Shown piece by piece: positions 37,971 through 46,936 of a stretch of DNA of 64,000 nt. The position numbers were made by a program, and so were the translations under genes. How positions within the stretch are numbered: position 1 is the stretch's first letter; each line of letters begins with the position of its first letter. A model generated the notes under the pieces. That model worked only from the letters and a program-made list of their open reading frames with translations, was not told where the DNA came from and did no database searches. The stretch comes from Candidatus Aminicenantes bacterium (GTDB taxonomy: Bacteria > Acidobacteriota > Aminicenantia > Aminicenantales > JAFGBC01), in NCBI GenBank assembly GCA_963702005.1, contig OY969696.1:1856001-1920000 (forward strand), written 5' to 3'.

Positions 37971-39056
37971 ATGATGCGGAATCCCGTCCTTCAGAACGAA
38001 CTGTTGCCCGTCGAGGTCGTCTTCCATCCGTCATGGTGGCACAAACAGGCGGGTATGGTCTTCGACGAGGATTTTTTCTACCATCCCGCCCGGCGCGTCG
38101 AGGCCGAGCGGACTATGGAGCGCGTCCTCCACGAGCGATTCGGCGACCTGGGCTTGGGGACGGACCATGATCGCGACCTCCCGGCCGTCGGCCCCGTCCA
38201 CAACGCCGCCGGATATCTCCTCTCGGAGATGATGGGCTGCCGGGTCAAATATCGCGAGGACGCGCCGCCCCAGGTCGTTCCCGCCCGGCGGACGGACTTG
38301 TCGCTCGACGTCGAGGCCGCTTTTGCCGGCCGCGCCTTCCGACGATTCCAGAGTCTTGTAGAGGCTCTTAAGCGGACTTGCGGTTATGTAACTGGAGACG
38401 TCAACTGGGGCGGGATTCTTAACTTTGCTCTGGACCTGCGCGGCCAGGACATTTTTCTCGATATGGCCGACCGGCCAGACGAAGTCCGCGCCTTCTTCGG
38501 CCGAATCGCCGCCGTCATCGAGCGGTTCACGGCGTATGTCCAGGGCGAGACGGGCACGACCTCGGTTTCGGTCAACCGGACGGTCCGGCATCTGAAGGGA
38601 CCGGTTTTCCTCCATTCCGAATGCGCCCTGACTATGATCTCGACCGAACACTACGAATCTTTCATCGGACCCTTCGATAACGACTGGAGCGTTCGGCATC
38701 GGCCTTTCGGCGTCCATTATTGCGGCGAGGATCCTCATCGCTATGCGGACGCCTTCGCCAAGATTCCCCATCTTGATTTCTTCGACGTTGGTTGGGGCGG
38801 CGACATGCGCCTTTTGCGGGAACGGCTCCCCGCGACGTTCCTCAACGTCCGCCTGAGCCCGGTCCTGATCGTCGATCAGAGCTCCGACGACATCCGCGGG
38901 GCGATAAGGAGCCGGGTCGCCGACTCGGGAAATCCCTATCTGACGGGAGTTTGCTGCATCAACATGGACGACCGGGTGAGCGACGACAGAGTCCGCGCCC
39001 TTTTCGATACGGTCTTCGAGCTTCGGCGCGAATACTCCGGCGGGCCGGCCCGTTGA
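37971..39056 (+). CDS. Uroporphyrinogen decarboxylase (URO-D)/MtaA-CmuA-like superfamily protein
   Basis: GILNFALDLRGQDIFLDMADRPD, HSEC...MIS..HY..FI.PFD and GVHYCG. Function unknown. Confidence 0.6.
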   Translation: MMRNPVLQNELLPVEVVFHPSWWHKQAGMVFDEDFFYHPARRVEAERTMERVLHERFGDLGLGTDHDRDLPAVGPVHNAAGYLLSEMMGCRVKYREDAPPQVVPARRTDLSLDVEAAFAGRAFRRFQSLVEALKRTCGYVTGDVNWGGILNFALDLRGQDIFLDMADRPDEVRAFFGRIAAVIERFTAYVQGETGTTSVSVNRTVRHLKGPVFLHSECALTMISTEHYESFIGPFDNDWSVRHRPFGVHYCGEDPHRYADAFAKIPHLDFFDVGWGGDMRLLRERLPATFLNVRLSPVLIVDQSSDDIRGAIRSRVADSGNPYLTGVCCINMDDRVSDDRVRALFDTVFELRREYSGGPAR

Positions 39057-39068
39057 CCGCGGCTATTA

Positions 39069-40265
39069 TCATTTACTAAAATGGCCGTTTTTAAAAAACA
39101 ATTCTCCGTCTACGAATATCTCTCCCTGAGACATGTCGCATAGCATATCCCAGTGGATGGCGGATTTATTGACTCCGCCGCATTCGGGGAAGCCTTGTCC
39201 GAGAGCCAGATGGATGGTGCCGCCCATTTTTTCATCAAAGAGCATATTTTTGCTGAAACGTTGTATTCCGTAATTCGTGCCGATGCCCAGTTCTCCGAGC
39301 CTGCGCGCCCCTTCATCCGTGTTCAACATCTCCGTTAAAAACTCCTGGCCTGGGGCGGCTTTCTCTTTGAAAACCCTTCCGTCTTTAAACCACAATTCTA
39401 CATTGTCCACCTGGCGTCCGTTGTAAATAGCCGGATAGTTGAATCGAATCCAGCCGTTTGCGGAATTTTCCACGGGCGATGAGAATATTTCTCCATCGGG
39501 GAAGTTGACTTTGCCATCTGCGACGGCGAAAATTCGTCCTCTGATCGAAAGGGTTAAATCAACGTTCGGTCCCTTGAGAACGACTTTGTCCTTCCCCTGA
39601 AGTCGTCGTGCGATTTCCCGTTGTTGAAGGGATTCGTTTTTCCAGACGGATGCGGGGTCGGATTCATGCAATTTGCAGGCATGAAAGACAAAATCCCTGT
39701 ATTCCAACAAGCCCATTTCGGCCTCCTGGGCAAGGGCATTTGTCGGATAATCCGTGATACATCGCTTCAATTTGTTTTGTTCGACTCGCTTGAATGCAAT
39801 TTCGCGAAGCTTTCCGTTGGATTTATTGAATATCTGGTACCGTTTGGGATCCACCCCCGTCAATTCTTTTGTGTTGGCCGGCGCCCGAATCAGGAGGGCG
39901 GCGTCCACATATCCGATTTCGTAACTCTCCAGCGCATTCAGGCTTGCCAATTGATCATCGTTTGCGTATCGGAAAAAAATTTCCATCCTTTCGGGCAAAT
40001 CGCAGCGGAGATAAGGGTATGCTCCGGCCAGCAAGGCCTCTCTGTATACGGCAAGAATGAGTTCTTTGGCTTCCGAATCGGATCGTATTAAAAGCGTCTC
40101 GCCCGGTTGAAGGTCGAGCGAATAACGAACCAGGAGCCGGGCCCATTTGTCTATGGGTGTTTGGGCCGGGGCCTCCTTGGCGACCTGAGCGAACGCCATA
40201 TGAGCGGAGAACAATCCGATCAACAGGAAGGCCTTAGTGATTTTCATTATGAAGGCTTTGCTCAT
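39069..40265 (-). CDS. M29 aminopeptidase (aminopeptidase T/AmpS-like) with N-terminal signal peptide
   Basis: LLVRYSL, NFPDGEIFSSP, GELGIGTN, LFDEKMGGTIHLALG and SAIHWDM. AAGGAGG RBS before ATG 40265. Confidence 0.92.
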   Translation of the reverse strand: MSKAFIMKITKAFLLIGLFSAHMAFAQVAKEAPAQTPIDKWARLLVRYSLDLQPGETLLIRSDSEAKELILAVYREALLAGAYPYLRCDLPERMEIFFRYANDDQLASLNALESYEIGYVDAALLIRAPANTKELTGVDPKRYQIFNKSNGKLREIAFKRVEQNKLKRCITDYPTNALAQEAEMGLLEYRDFVFHACKLHESDPASVWKNESLQQREIARRLQGKDKVVLKGPNVDLTLSIRGRIFAVADGKVNFPDGEIFSSPVENSANGWIRFNYPAIYNGRQVDNVELWFKDGRVFKEKAAPGQEFLTEMLNTDEGARRLGELGIGTNYGIQRFSKNMLFDEKMGGTIHLALGQGFPECGGVNKSAIHWDMLCDMSQGEIFVDGELFFKNGHFSK

Positions 40266-40418
40266 GGAACCCTCCTTTTCCATCATTCTTTTAGTTTTTG
40301 AATATTTACTTTAAAACATCCTCAATTAGAAAAGCAAGGACGACCGGCCGGGCCGAAACAGACGAGCCCGTTGCTTATGGCAAATAGGCAAACCCGCCGG
40401 GAAAGCCTCGCAGCCGTG

Positions 40419-40447
40419 TTGACAGATCGGCGAGGCCGTTTTAGACT
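40419..40447 (+). promoter_or_regulatory. Sigma70-type promoter
   Basis: TTGACA, 17-nt spacer, TAGACT, upstream of the gene at 40499. Confidence 0.6.
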
Positions 40448-40498
40448 GATAGCGCATTCCTTCCAGGGAACGAGCATGTCCGGCAAGAGGAGAAAGTC

Positions 40499-41632
40499 AT
40501 GAATGGCTTGAAACTGTGCCTTGTCGTATGTGCGATCATCATCGCGTCGATAGCCGCCCTTTCCGTCGAGCAAAAACCCTATCCCGCGGTCAGCGAAGTC
40601 AAGGACGGCGTCAAAACCGTCACCAATCCCGACTTCCCCCGAGACGGCCGCTTCACCGCCAAGCTCACCGAGGAGAGGTCCTGCGGCGAAGAGGGCGGTC
40701 CGGAGGCGGGCCTTCTGAATCGGCCGCTGGAGCTGGATGTTGACGCCCAGGGCAACGTCTATGCCATGGATATGGGCGACGTCAATATCAAGGTTTACGA
40801 CAGCCAAGGCCGCTTCCTCAGAACGATCGGCCGGCAGGGCCAGGGGCCCGGAGAGTTCGGAGGGCTGGCGTTTTTTAGGCTGTTATCCGACGGAAGGCTT
40901 TGCGCCCTCGACACAATGCAGCACCGGATCATCATCTTTGCGGCCGACGGACGCTACTTATCCGGGTTTAGCCTCGAAGGCTATTTCAGGGCCATGAGCG
41001 TTGATGGTCAGGACAAGCTCTATTTGGCCAAATGGGGCGCCGTTAAAGCGCCCGACCAACTCTCGACCGAATTCCAGGAGGTTCCCTACGTCACGAGTAT
41101 CTTCCGGACCGATATCGCGGGGAAAGACCTCGTCCATCTCGCGGATTTTCTCGGAGAATCCATGGTCATGAAAGGGATGGGCGGAGGCGGCGTTATGAGC
41201 ATGGGAGGGCTCTTTACGATCGTCTGGGCCGTTAGCAGCGCGGGAAAACTTTACGGGGGCTACAACGGGGATTACAGCCTGGGCGCCTTCGGGCCGGATG
41301 GAAAAAGGGAACTCGCGTTCGGCCGAGCCTATACGCCGGTCAAGAATAAACGCTACAGGGGCATGGTCGGCCAGAAGAAAACGATGCCTCCCCTCAGCGC
41401 CATCGTCATGGACGAAGATGGAGGCCTGTGGATCGAGCTGACGCAGGGCGACGGAGCCAAGGGCTTCCTGTACGACGTCTTTTCCGGGGACGGGATCTAC
41501 GGCAAACAAGTCGCGATCGAGCAGAGGATCGACCGGTTCAAGAACGGGAAAATCTACAGCATCCTCCGGCCGGAGGAGGGATATCCCTCGATCAAGCGGT
41601 ACAAGCTGGAGCTGGCGCCGATCGGCCGCTAG
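40499..41632 (+). CDS. Secreted 6-bladed beta-propeller (NHL-like) protein
   Basis: Signal peptide, DVDAQGNVYAMD and TIGRQGQGPGEF. Confidence 0.85.
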   Translation: MNGLKLCLVVCAIIIASIAALSVEQKPYPAVSEVKDGVKTVTNPDFPRDGRFTAKLTEERSCGEEGGPEAGLLNRPLELDVDAQGNVYAMDMGDVNIKVYDSQGRFLRTIGRQGQGPGEFGGLAFFRLLSDGRLCALDTMQHRIIIFAADGRYLSGFSLEGYFRAMSVDGQDKLYLAKWGAVKAPDQLSTEFQEVPYVTSIFRTDIAGKDLVHLADFLGESMVMKGMGGGGVMSMGGLFTIVWAVSSAGKLYGGYNGDYSLGAFGPDGKRELAFGRAYTPVKNKRYRGMVGQKKTMPPLSAIVMDEDGGLWIELTQGDGAKGFLYDVFSGDGIYGKQVAIEQRIDRFKNGKIYSILRPEEGYPSIKRYKLELAPIGR

Positions 41633-41654
41633 CCGCCCGGCGAGCCTATCCGCC

Positions 41655-41745
41655 GACCCGTTCGCCGTCTCTATACCTTTCCTTTAGGATAGAGAAGGGC
41701 GGCTCAGGGTTAACACTCACAAGCCGAAAACGCCTCGTGAGTGTT
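41655..41745. repeat. Intergenic palindromic element related to the 37083-37195 insertion
   Basis: GACCCGTTCGCCG, then hairpin TCTCTAT...ATAGAGA, then GGCTCAGGGTTAA, then hairpin AACACTCAC...GTGAGTGTT. Lies between convergent genes. Confidence 0.7.
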
Positions 41746-41747
41746 TA

Positions 41748-43952
41748 TCACCACCGCCAGAGATAGCTGACCTTGAAGAAGAAGCCGCGCTTTAGCTCGT
41801 GGAACCTGCTGCTCGGGGCGTAGTCCGTTCCCGTCCACTCCAGCTTCTCCAGGGCCGAGCCGTAGCCGAGGTGGACGACCGTCCCCGGGATGTAAGTGAA
41901 CGAAATCAGCCCGTCCAGGGTCATCCGCTTGTAGAAGTCGTTGTACTCGACGATGCCGCGCAAGAACAGGTACTTATTGATCTGGAACGCGTTGCGGCTC
42001 CGTAGAATCAGGTAATCGTATATTTTCGTCCGGTCCGACTTCCGGAAAAAATCCACGTAGCTCAGGCTCAGGCTGAAATCGAGCTGGTCCATGGGCTGGT
42101 ATTGGACGCCGCCCATGATCATGCTTCCGTAGCCCTGGTAGGGGGCGGAAGGATCGTAATAGGTCTTTCCCGTCCGCCGGGCGAAGATTTGGAGGTAGAA
42201 CTGCTTGGCCAGCTGCGACTGGACCTGGAATCCGTATCCGCTTAGGTCGAAGCGGTGCCCGACGAAAATCTCGTTGGCCAGAAGACCGTCGAACCGGACC
42301 ATGGTGTTCCGCGGCAGCCGGAGGCGGAGCGTAAAGAGGTCTACGGTCTCCCACATGTGGTAGATCGTGTCGTAGATGTGATAGCTCCAGTAGAAGGGCT
42401 CGATTTTTTGGAAAAACTTGGATGGGGGGTAGATCTGGTACATTGCGAAGGCGGCCAGCCGCCTCACCCCGGTCCGGGTGATAAATCCCGTGTCGACCTG
42501 GAAGTTCGGGGAGATGTCCTGGTAGCCGAGATCGAGGACCCATTTCCGGTTGGAGAATTCGTAGGCCAGGGACAGGGCGTGGTCTTTGTTCGCCGATTCG
42601 GCGCCGGGCGTCTTGGACAGGGACCCGAACAGGTGGAACGAGGCGACCGAAGTCTGGCTGAGCCGGAACCTGCCGTCGAAACCGCCGACCCGGTTGTAGC
42701 CGGAGCCGGATTCGCGACCCGTATAGAAGGCGCCGATGAAGGCGTCGTCTTTGAGCGTATGCTTGTAGCGGGCGATCGCGATATCGGGATGCTCGTCGAA
42801 CGGATCTCCGGGGAGGTTATCCTTGGCATAGATCGTGGCGACCGTGTCGCGGGGCGTGACCTTCCCGGTCAGCTTGAACCCGAAGACGGGATCGATGATG
42901 GTCCGGGTGTAGACGAGGGCCGACAGAGGAGCCTCCTCCATGGCGCCGCCGAATTGCCAGAGGTCGCTCCCCTCCAGGAAAAACGGACGCTTTTCCTCGT
43001 AGTAGAGAGCGTAGCGCTGGTTGAAGTCGACCTGACCGGCGTCGGACTCGACCTGGCTGAAGTCGGGATTGTAGGTCGCGTCCAGGGTCAGGTCGGAGGT
43101 GATCCCCAGTTTCCCGGTCAGGCTGAAGTCGCCGATGTCCAAAGCCTTGTTCCTGATAAGCTTGCCTTCGGAAGGTTCGTACGTCCTCCCGTAGGTGAGG
43201 GCGGGGAGGAGCTCGACGACTCTCTCGTATTTAAGGCCGGCCAGCCGGATGGGCATCGCCTGGCCGAGCAGGGACCCCTTGGCGGGGTCGAGCGGCGGGA
43301 AGCTCACCTGTTCCGAGGTCCGGGTGAAAAAGCGGATGAACAGGATGCGCCAGGTGACGACGTCCTTGTTCGGGAAGCGGATGCTCTGGAGGGGAATGCG
43401 GGCCTCGACGGTCCAGCCTTGGTCGTCGATCCGGCCCTTGCTGTACCAGACCGCGTCGAAGCTGGTCTCGATGTTTCCTGCCACGGTCAGCATGCCGTCG
43501 CCCTGGATGCCGAGGGGGTTGAGCATGAAGACGAAGGCGCTCTGGTTATCGTTGAAGGTGTCGAGGTTGATGAAAACGATGTCGTCCTGGAAGATGTTGT
43601 CGCGCTTGCTCATGGCGGCCTTGACCTTGGCCGGCTCGTTGTCGTAGCAGCGGAAGGCGAAGTAGAAGTTCTCGGCGTCATAGCTGATAAAAGCTTCGGT
43701 CTTCTGGCTCGCCTCCTTGCCGTAATCGGGCTTGAGCGTTTTAAACCCGTCGACCTTGAGGGCTTGGACCCAGACGGGATCGTCGAGGATTCCGTCGATC
43801 GCGGGCGGCTGCCCGGCCTTGGGGACGGTCAGGGGCGTTTCGGCTTCGGCCGTCCGCGGCCCGCCCCGAAGGGTTGGGACGAGAAGAAGGACGCAGAAAC
43901 TGGCGACGAGAAGAACGACATGTCTGGAGTTCGTCGGGCGATGAGACAACAT
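41748..43952 (-). CDS. CBM9-like sugar-binding + DUF5916 outer-membrane protein
   Basis: PAIDGILDDPVW, LDTFND, NPLGIQGD, WTVEARIP, NPDFSQVESD, EKRPFFLEG and a C-terminal barrel signal FFKVSYLWRW. AAGGAGG RBS before ATG 43952. Confidence 0.87.
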   Translation of the reverse strand: MLSHRPTNSRHVVLLVASFCVLLLVPTLRGGPRTAEAETPLTVPKAGQPPAIDGILDDPVWVQALKVDGFKTLKPDYGKEASQKTEAFISYDAENFYFAFRCYDNEPAKVKAAMSKRDNIFQDDIVFINLDTFNDNQSAFVFMLNPLGIQGDGMLTVAGNIETSFDAVWYSKGRIDDQGWTVEARIPLQSIRFPNKDVVTWRILFIRFFTRTSEQVSFPPLDPAKGSLLGQAMPIRLAGLKYERVVELLPALTYGRTYEPSEGKLIRNKALDIGDFSLTGKLGITSDLTLDATYNPDFSQVESDAGQVDFNQRYALYYEEKRPFFLEGSDLWQFGGAMEEAPLSALVYTRTIIDPVFGFKLTGKVTPRDTVATIYAKDNLPGDPFDEHPDIAIARYKHTLKDDAFIGAFYTGRESGSGYNRVGGFDGRFRLSQTSVASFHLFGSLSKTPGAESANKDHALSLAYEFSNRKWVLDLGYQDISPNFQVDTGFITRTGVRRLAAFAMYQIYPPSKFFQKIEPFYWSYHIYDTIYHMWETVDLFTLRLRLPRNTMVRFDGLLANEIFVGHRFDLSGYGFQVQSQLAKQFYLQIFARRTGKTYYDPSAPYQGYGSMIMGGVQYQPMDQLDFSLSLSYVDFFRKSDRTKIYDYLILRSRNAFQINKYLFLRGIVEYNDFYKRMTLDGLISFTYIPGTVVHLGYGSALEKLEWTGTDYAPSSRFHELKRGFFFKVSYLWRW

Positions 43953-44178
43953 GAGCCTCCTTTTCATCTCTGGGGCGGCATGGTTCGCATAGACCATCGG
44001 CATCCTGCTTTCATTAAGGAATACGGAATCGGAAGGCCCGAGGTTCATTGCGGATGTCAATAAAATGGCCACGGTCGCGAACGGGATCGTCCTTGAAAAC
44101 AAGCCATGCCGTATCGCCGAAGCCCCGTCTGATATACTATATCTGATCCAAAAGCCCGGATGTGTCGGGGAGGAGCTC

Positions 44179-44886
44179 ATGACCGAAAAAAAAGGCAAAA
44201 TTAAAATCTCGGAAAACGGGCCATATCTTGTTTCCGGGAACTTGCCACTCGAAAAGGAGATCATGGTGGTCGGAGGCGAGAACGAACCGGAACGATGGAA
44301 GAAGGGCGCCCGGTACCCGCAGAAGGACAATTACGCGCTCTGCCGTTGCGGAGAATCGGGGACGAAGCCGTACTGCGACGGAACGCACTTTACGGCCGCT
44401 TTTAACGGCACGGAGACGGCGCCGCGCAAAAATTATTTGGATATGGCGGAAAAGATCGCCGGTCCGGGAATGGACCTGACCGATGCGGAGTGCTATTGCG
44501 TGGCTGCGCGATACTGCCACCGGGCCGGCGACGCCTGGACTCTGACGGAAAAATCCGACGACCCCGCATCGAGACAGACAGCGATAGAGGAGGCCGGCCT
44601 TTGCCCCTCAGGACGGCTTGTCGCTTACGACAAACAAACGGGAAAGCCGATCGAGCCGAAATTCGAGCCTTCCCTCAGCCTTATCGAGGATACTAAACAC
44701 GGAGTGAGCGGTCCGATCTGGGTCAAGGGCGGCGTCCCGATCGAATCCTCCGACGGTTTTCAGTATGAAGTCAGGAACCGCGTCACGCTGTGCCGTTGCG
44801 GGCATTCCGCCAACAAGCCTTTCTGCGATGGAACGCACATCGGCACCAAGTTTGATGATGGGGACGACTCTTTGAAAAAATCATAG
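44179..44886 (+). CDS. CDGSH iron-sulfur domain protein (two CDGSH domains plus a central Cys-containing domain)
   Basis: LCRCGESGTKPYCDGTH and LCRCGHSANKPFCDGTH, with central CYCVAARYC...CPSG. Confidence 0.9.
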   Translation: MTEKKGKIKISENGPYLVSGNLPLEKEIMVVGGENEPERWKKGARYPQKDNYALCRCGESGTKPYCDGTHFTAAFNGTETAPRKNYLDMAEKIAGPGMDLTDAECYCVAARYCHRAGDAWTLTEKSDDPASRQTAIEEAGLCPSGRLVAYDKQTGKPIEPKFEPSLSLIEDTKHGVSGPIWVKGGVPIESSDGFQYEVRNRVTLCRCGHSANKPFCDGTHIGTKFDDGDDSLKKS

Positions 44887-44900
44887 TGAGATATGAGGAC

Positions 44901-45245
44901 ATGAACACAATAGATCGATGTGAGCTCCTTGCTAGCAGTCTGGATCTCGAAAAAGCTCTCAAGTCCAAAGAACGCCTTTTTGTCCTTTTTTACGCCTCGT
45001 GGTGCCCCTACTCTCGGATGTTCCTTCCCGTATTTCTGGAGCATGCGAACAGCAGCGAACATTGCTATCTGCGAGTATTGACCGACGACAAGGACGACCT
45101 CATCGACAAGTATTCCATAAAGGTCTATCCGACCGTTTTGTTTTTTGAAAAGGGCCAAATCAGGAAACGGCTCGACGGCGTCTTCCATGTCGGATTGGAC
45201 AAGGGTCAGCTCGAGGAATTTGTCCTGCGCTGCGACGCTCGATGA
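44901..45245 (+). CDS. Thioredoxin-family protein, monothiol CxxS
   Basis: FYASWCPYS and cis-Pro motif VYPTVLFF. Confidence 0.82.
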   Translation: MNTIDRCELLASSLDLEKALKSKERLFVLFYASWCPYSRMFLPVFLEHANSSEHCYLRVLTDDKDDLIDKYSIKVYPTVLFFEKGQIRKRLDGVFHVGLDKGQLEEFVLRCDAR

Positions 45246-45290
45246 GCTGAGGCGCCTTCGGCGTCGCGCCGCTTGTCGACGGCCGGTCCG

Positions 45291-46634
45291 TCAGCGTTTC
45301 CGGCCGAGCCAGAGCACGTAGACCGGGATTCCGGCCAGGACGGTCACGACCGCGGCCGTCGATTCGAGCGGCCGGTTCAGATAGTTGACGGCCATCAAGC
45401 CAAGGCTGGCCGCGAGGTAGAAGATCGGGGTCACCGGATATCCCCAGGTCTTGAAGGCGCCGGCCGGGCCGCCGCCCGATCGTTTCCGCGCAACCAAAAC
45501 GCCGAACACGGCCAGCCAGGGGAAGATGTTCAGGGCGAACCCCATGTAGATGAGGAGCTGCTCGAAGGAGCCGGCCAGGACCATGACGGCGGCGAACAGC
45601 CCTTGGCACAGGATGGACCAGCCGGGCACGCGGAAGCGGGGATGGATGCGCGACGCGAACGAGAAGAAAAGGCCGTCCTTGGCCATCGAATAGTAAACCC
45701 GGGGCCCGAGGATGATGAAGGCGCTCAGCGAGGAGAGAAGACAGAAGCCGACCAGAAAGCCCAGACCTTTTCCCATCCAGGGGCCGAAGGTCCGGACCGC
45801 GGCCTTTCCGACGATCGGAATGACGCCGCCGGCTTCGGCATAGGGCAGAGACCGGAAGATAAAGGCGTTGACGGCCAGATACAGGGCGACGACGATGAGG
45901 GTCCCGGCGATGAGGGAGAGCGGGAGATTGCGGCGCGGATTCCGCATCTCCCCGGCGATGTAGGAGCTGGCGTTCCAGCCGCTGTAGGCGAACATGACCA
46001 TCATCATGGCCGTGCCGAAGCCGAGAAGGGTACCGGTCCCGGGACCGGGGAAGGAAAGAGCGGGGAAGGGCGAACGGACGGCCAAGGCGCCGGCTATGGC
46101 TAGACCGGCGATGATCAAGATTTTGAGCGAGGTCAGGGCGTTCTGGACGCGGCCGCCCAGCCGGACACCCCTGTAATGAATGAGCGTGAATAGGCCGATG
46201 ACGGCCAGGGCGACGGCTTTTTTGGGGACGACCGAGGCGGTGGCGGGCGGAACCGCGGAGATCCCCAGCCCGGCGTAGACATACTCCGAGAAGGCGAGGG
46301 CCGAGGCGGCGATCGGAACGGTGAATCCGACGACGAAGCTCGTCCAGCCCGTCAGGAAGCCGAAGACGGGGTGGTAGAGCTTCTTGAGGTAGACGTACTC
46401 GCCGCCGACCTCGGGCATGCGGGTCGCCAGCTCCGCGTAGCACAGGGCGCCGGAAAGGGCGATCAGCCCGCCCAGCAGCCAGCAGGCCAGAATCCAGCCC
46501 GGACCGGGAAGCCTGGCCGCCAGGATGCCGGAAGTGACGAAGATCCCGGCGCCGACCATATTGGCGACCACGATAAAGGTCGCCGTGGCCGGGCCGATCT
46601 TGCGTTCGAGCGAAGGATTGGTCATTGCGGGCAT
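45291..46634 (-). CDS. APC-family amino acid permease
   Basis: NMVGAGIF, YAELATRMPEVGGEY, YSGWNASSYIAGE and KTWGYP. Confidence 0.92.
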   Translation of the reverse strand: MPAMTNPSLERKIGPATATFIVVANMVGAGIFVTSGILAARLPGPGWILACWLLGGLIALSGALCYAELATRMPEVGGEYVYLKKLYHPVFGFLTGWTSFVVGFTVPIAASALAFSEYVYAGLGISAVPPATASVVPKKAVALAVIGLFTLIHYRGVRLGGRVQNALTSLKILIIAGLAIAGALAVRSPFPALSFPGPGTGTLLGFGTAMMMVMFAYSGWNASSYIAGEMRNPRRNLPLSLIAGTLIVVALYLAVNAFIFRSLPYAEAGGVIPIVGKAAVRTFGPWMGKGLGFLVGFCLLSSLSAFIILGPRVYYSMAKDGLFFSFASRIHPRFRVPGWSILCQGLFAAVMVLAGSFEQLLIYMGFALNIFPWLAVFGVLVARKRSGGGPAGAFKTWGYPVTPIFYLAASLGLMAVNYLNRPLESTAAVVTVLAGIPVYVLWLGRKR

Positions 46635-46936
46635 TATATCATCAATGGAGCAGGGCCCCGAGGTTCCGAGTCAGGATCGGAAATCCGGGGCCCGCCTCGT
46701 CCCCAGCCCTTTCCGGGCAGGAGGGGCAATGCGCTCAGCGCGGCGAATCCCTTGAGGAAATTCCGCCATCATCTATGGCCTCCAAATTTCAGGTTGGAAA
46801 TCCTGGGACATTTCAAAATAGATGCAAGCTTCAGGCCAATTCGTCCTTTTGGAATCCCGCCTGCTTGTCTTGGGATAGGAGGAGTTCACGAAGCGCGGCT
46901 TGGAAAGATATTTTACACCTTGGCCCGGCCGGGCCC

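Noticed and set aside
46635-46936. 300-bp intergenic region as an ncRNA or small ORF
   Set aside because: A short minus-strand ORF with a GGAGG exists but has no recognisable features, and I found no convincing RNA structure.
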